From an uncultured Gemmatimonadaceae bacterium (GTDB lineage Bacteria; Gemmatimonadota; Gemmatimonadetes; Gemmatimonadales; Gemmatimonadaceae), in contig CAWAGQ010000007.1 of assembly GCA_963781585.1 (NCBI GenBank), positions 320,001 through 384,000 on the forward strand: a DNA stretch of 64,000 bases. The letters are read 5' to 3'. The notes under the pieces were generated by a model that saw only the letters and a list, made by a program, of their open reading frames with translations, searched no databases and was not told the DNA's origin. Shown in pieces: positions 60,321 through 64,000 of the stretch (positions are counted from its first letter, which is position 1; each line of letters starts with the position of its first letter). Position numbers and translations under genes: made by a program.

Positions 60321-61526
60321 ATGATCGAGGCGACGCGATACCTCATCTCGCTGGCGCAGGCACTCGCCAAGATGTCCCTCTATGCGGCGGGCCATCCGGC
60401 GCGTTCGCGCGCGGCCGCCGCTTCGTTCGAGCAGCTGACCGCGCTACAACTGGTCGATGCGCGACCGACCTTCTCGTTCCTGGGACGGGAAGTCGTGTTC
60501 CAGCAGCAGACCCTGCGCGACCTCGCGGACTGGGACTGGGCGGAGCGGTTCTCGGCGGTGGGTGTGCAGCGCATCGAGTTCGACGGGCACGTTGATGAAG
60601 CGGAATATCAGCTCTTCCTCGACGACGTGCTGGCCCGCCTGAATCTTCCCGACCGCGCCGTCGCTCGTCATTCCACGACCGTCGCGGGCCACGCCGATCC
60701 GTTTCGGAGCGATCGGGGTGCGCGAAGAAGCCGCGCCCACCGTCGACCCCACCAGGACCGCCAGTCCCGGGCCGCCGAGTCGTCGGGTCCCGTCGCCGTG
60801 CAGGAGGAGGTGGAAGCGGTCGAGTGGGCGCACGAAGAAGTCCGTGCCCGGCGTCGCCTTCCGGTAGCCGAGGCGGAGCTGGTGGTGAACTCGCTGCTGT
60901 TGGCGATGCGGACCGACTCGCACCTCGCGCTCCCGCTCATGACGATGAGGGATTTCGACCAGTACACGACGACCCACGCGATGAACGTGGCGGTGTTGTC
61001 GATGGGTCTGGCCGAGACGCTCGGCCTATCGGCGCGCGAGGTGCGCGCCTACGGCATCGCGGGGCTGCTGCATGACCTGGGCAAGGTGCGGGTGCCTGCC
61101 GAGCTGCTGCGCAAACCCGGTGCGCTCACCACCGAGGAGCGGAGCATCCTGCAGCGGCACACGGTCGAAGGGGCGAAGCTGATTCTCGAGGGGAGCCAGC
61201 GCCAGGAGCTGTGCGCGGTGGTGGCATTCGAACATCACATCATGATCGACGGCGGTGGTTATCCCGCGCGGCACACGCGACGCGACTGCCATCACGCCAG
61301 CGTGCTGGTGCACGTCTGCGATGTGTTCGACGCCCTCCGAACGCACCGGCCGTATCGTGTGGCGATCGCGCAGGATGCGATCGTGCGGTACATCGAAAAG
61401 CGGGCGGGCGTCGAATTCCATCCGGACATCGCGCGGGCGTTCCTGACGATGCTGCGCAACTGCCAGATCCGACGCGCCGAAGGGTTCGTCGAAGAATCGG
61501 CGCCGGTGCCGGCTCCCAGGGGGTGA
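60321..61526 (+). CDS. HD-GYP domain phosphodiesterase
   Basis: DQYTTTHAMNV, LLHDLGK, FEHH, GGGYP, CDVFDAL..RPYR. Confidence 0.9.
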   Translation: MIEATRYLISLAQALAKMSLYAAGHPARSRAAAASFEQLTALQLVDARPTFSFLGREVVFQQQTLRDLADWDWAERFSAVGVQRIEFDGHVDEAEYQLFLDDVLARLNLPDRAVARHSTTVAGHADPFRSDRGARRSRAHRRPHQDRQSRAAESSGPVAVQEEVEAVEWAHEEVRARRRLPVAEAELVVNSLLLAMRTDSHLALPLMTMRDFDQYTTTHAMNVAVLSMGLAETLGLSAREVRAYGIAGLLHDLGKVRVPAELLRKPGALTTEERSILQRHTVEGAKLILEGSQRQELCAVVAFEHHIMIDGGGYPARHTRRDCHHASVLVHVCDVFDALRTHRPYRVAIAQDAIVRYIEKRAGVEFHPDIARAFLTMLRNCQIRRAEGFVEESAPVPAPRG

Positions 61527-61693
61527 GGCCGGGCGGCCGGCCGCCGACCGTCGGCTCGCGCGCGATGGTATGCGGCGCTCGCACGCTTCGCCGGTGCCCC
61601 CGCGGCTCGCGGCGGTCAGGCCCCACCGACTCCAAGGAAGCGGGGAGCCCCCACGGTCAGCACAAGTAGGAGGGCCAGCAGGAGCCCGCTCGC

Positions 61694-61924
61694 CTACAAC
61701 CCCGCCCCCGCGAGCGAACGGGCCAGTCCAGCGCGACGTCGCCAGTACACCAGCGCCGCCGTCGCGTAGGCCGCCGACCACAGCACCCAGGGCACCACGA
61801 GGATGATGTCCTTCTCGCCGCCTCCGAAGTTCAGCAAACCGCGGTTGATGGCTGATGCCAACGCCGGTGTCAGGACGAGCGGAAGAAGCGCGGTGGTGAG
61901 TCGGACAACCGGATGATCTGACAT
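61694..61924 (-). CDS. Small membrane protein (possibly partial)
   Basis: Hydrophobic segments around LNFGGGEKDI. Confidence 0.5.
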   Translation of the reverse strand: MSDHPVVRLTTALLPLVLTPALASAINRGLLNFGGGEKDIILVVPWVLWSAAYATAALVYWRRRAGLARSLAGAGL

Positions 61925-62029
61925 CGATGATGCCGCTCCTCACGGCGACGTTCGCGCGGTCAAGGAGTCTACGGCCGGGATGGGACGGCGCCAGTCGGTC
62001 ATCCTTCGCTCGAATCGCGCCGTCTCACC

Positions 62030-62088
62030 TTGACGCCCGCCCCGGGCGATTGTAGATAATCGAGGTGTAATTGTAGATAAACTAGGTA
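62030..62088 (+). promoter_or_regulatory. Putative promoter with two tandem PadR operators
   Basis: TTGACG at 62030; AT-rich direct repeat ATTGTAGATAA at 62049 and 62070 (21-bp period), each followed 3 nt later by AGGT. Confidence 0.65.
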
Positions 62089-62099
62089 CATCGGCCACC

Positions 62100-62426
62100 A
62101 TGCGGCCTTCGGACCTCATTCAGGGCACGCTCGACGTGCTGATCCTCAAGGCGGTCGCTGCGGAGCCGCGGCACGGCTGGGCGATCGCCAAGCGCATCCA
62201 GGCCGTCTCGGGCGATGTGCTCCAGGTGAAGCAGGGCTCCCTCTATCCCGCGCTGCACCGGCTCGAGCACCAGGGCCTGATCCGCGGCGAGTGGCGCACG
62301 CATGAGACCGGCCGCGAAGCGAAGTTCTATTCGCTCACCCGAGCCGGTCGCGCCCAGCTCCAGGACGAGATCACGCAATGGGAGCGGCTCTCGGCCGCGA
62401 TGCGGCTCGTCCTGCGCAACGCCTAG
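62100..62426 (+). CDS. PadR-family regulator
   Basis: LIQGTLDVLILKAV..RHGWAI..KQGSLYPALHRLE..GREAKFY. Confidence 0.92.
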   Translation: MRPSDLIQGTLDVLILKAVAAEPRHGWAIAKRIQAVSGDVLQVKQGSLYPALHRLEHQGLIRGEWRTHETGREAKFYSLTRAGRAQLQDEITQWERLSAAMRLVLRNA

Positions 62427-62438
62427 CGGCCGGTCACG

Positions 62439-64000
62439 ATGCCCGCCCGCTGGCTCGACGTCGTCAGGCTGCGGCTTCGGTCGCTTGCGCGCCGGACTCG
62501 CGCGGACCACGAACTGGATCGCGAACTGCGCGATCATCTCGAGCGGCAGGCCGAGGAGAACATGTCCCGGGGCATGTCGCCTGACGAGGCGCATCGCGAG
62601 GCGGTGCGAATGTTCGGCGGCGTGCAGCGTGTGCGCGAGGAGGCTCGGGATGCGCGTGGCGTTGCCGTGATCGAGAACCTCGCCCGCGACCTGCGCTACA
62701 CCCTGCGCGGCCTCCGCCGCGAGCCGCTGCTGCTGGTGGCCGCGGCAATGTCGATCGCGCTCGGCGCGGCCGCGAACATCGCCGTCTTCTCGCTGGCCCG
62801 CGCGTTTCTGCTCGCGTCGCCCGATGCGCGACGCCCCGAGCAGCTGGTGCAGATGCGCGTCAGTCACTCGAGTCACGTCACGTTTCAGCACTGGCGAGAC
62901 CTGAGGGAGAGCGGTGCGCTGGCCGACGTTGCCGGCTACTCGATCGAGAAGCAGGTCAACTGGTTCCACGACGGGGCGGCGGAGTCGATCACGCCGATGC
63001 TCGTGACATCGAACTTCTTCGAGCTGACGGGCGTGCCGCTGTCTCGCGGCCGCGGCTTCACCGAAGCCGAGGCCCGCGCCGACAACGATCCGCATGTCGC
63101 CGTGGTGTCGGACGCGTTCTGGCGGCATGCGCTGGCCGGCGACCCGGGCGTGGTGGGTCGATCGCTGCTGCTCAACGGCGAGCCGTATGCGATCGTCGGC
63201 ATGCTCATTCCGCGGCTGCGCAGTGTTGCCGGGCACGGCATCGCGCCGCAGGTCTACCTGCCGCTCAATCGCTCGCTCGTGCCGGAGATTCTCCAGCCCG
63301 GCGCCGGGGTCGTGCAGCTGATCGGACGACTCCGCCCCGATCAGACGATGGCACAGGGCCGCTCCGCGATGGATGCCGCCGACCGCCGCCTCGGCGCGGT
63401 GGCCGGGGACACGCTCTACGCGGGGGTGGACGAATTCGCGAAGCTGGGAGGAATCGGGAGCGCCAAGGAAGGACGCACCCTCGGCGGGTTTTTCGTGCTG
63501 CTCGGGGTGGTTTCGCTGTTCGTGCTGCTGATCGCCTGCGCGAACGTCGCCGGGCTGCTCGTGGCACGAGGGACGACGCGTCGCCGCGAGATCGCCATCC
63601 GTCTCGCGATCGGGGGCACGCGAGCGCGCCTGGTGCAACAGTTCCTGGCCGAGGGGTTCTGGCTCGCCTTGTTCGGGACCGGTGCGGGACTCGTGCTCAG
63701 CGTGTGGTTCATGCGACTCGTCAATGGCGTCACCCTTCCGCTGCCGTTCCCGATCGACCCCCACCTTGCGCTCGACCGGCCGGCGCTCGTCTGCGCTGTC
63801 GCCGTCGTCCTGGTCAGCACTCTTCTCTGCGCGCTCCTTCCCGCGGTTGGCGCGACTCGTCTCCAGCTGACCCAGGCGCTGAAGCGCGAGGAGCGCAGTT
63901 TCGGCGCGCGGCGCCTGACGAGCCGTGCGGTCCTGCTGACCGGACAGGTGGCGGTATCGACCGTCCTGGTCGTCACCGCGCTTCTCTTCGTGCAGAATCT
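62439..64000 (+). CDS. ADOP-family permease (runs off the window end)
   Basis: MPARWLDVVRLR..ELDRELRDHLE..GMSPDEA; LLIACANVAGLL..RREIAIRLAIG; open to the edge. Confidence 0.9.
   Translation, partial: MPARWLDVVRLRLRSLARRTRADHELDRELRDHLERQAEENMSRGMSPDEAHREAVRMFGGVQRVREEARDARGVAVIENLARDLRYTLRGLRREPLLLVAAAMSIALGAAANIAVFSLARAFLLASPDARRPEQLVQMRVSHSSHVTFQHWRDLRESGALADVAGYSIEKQVNWFHDGAAESITPMLVTSNFFELTGVPLSRGRGFTEAEARADNDPHVAVVSDAFWRHALAGDPGVVGRSLLLNGEPYAIVGMLIPRLRSVAGHGIAPQVYLPLNRSLVPEILQPGAGVVQLIGRLRPDQTMAQGRSAMDAADRRLGAVAGDTLYAGVDEFAKLGGIGSAKEGRTLGGFFVLLGVVSLFVLLIACANVAGLLVARGTTRRREIAIRLAIGGTRARLVQQFLAEGFWLALFGTGAGLVLSVWFMRLVNGVTLPLPFPIDPHLALDRPALVCAVAVVLVSTLLCALLPAVGATRLQLTQALKREERSFGARRLTSRAVLLTGQVAVSTVLVVTALLFVQN

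Overview
This GC-rich bacterial window has no rRNA, tRNA or CRISPR array. The gene content (five PadR + ADOP-type permease cassettes, a HEAT-repeat/HD-GYP pair, a kinase-linked ECF sigma factor) suggests Gemmatimonadota or Acidobacteriota, which is an inference. The best candidate for an undescribed system is the closely spaced operon at about 30080-39265. It has four signal-peptide-less unknown proteins (a beta-repeat protein, Ig-like domains, a His/Cys-rich protein ending GCGCNCC, and a duplicated amphipathic-helix protein), then a single-module PKS (KS-AT-KR-ACP-O-methyltransferase, with no loading or TE domain) and a PPTase, behind candidate sigma54 and sigma70 promoters. Divergent from it is a cluster of two Cyc2-like cytochrome-porins, a monoheme cytochrome c and DoxX. 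Other points: each PadR gene has its own variant of a palindromic operator at its promoter/RBS; a complete but decayed ISL3 element (40-bp IRs, 8-bp TSD) lies in a visibly lower-GC island with a HEPN-like gene and an S1 protease; a TolB-like propeller is fused to a CxxC-to-SxxS thioredoxin fold; and there is a REP-like cruciform and two heptamer repeat tracts. Many genes carry single-base frameshifts, which may be sequencing error or decay. All product calls come from motif recognition by eye; no database search was run.
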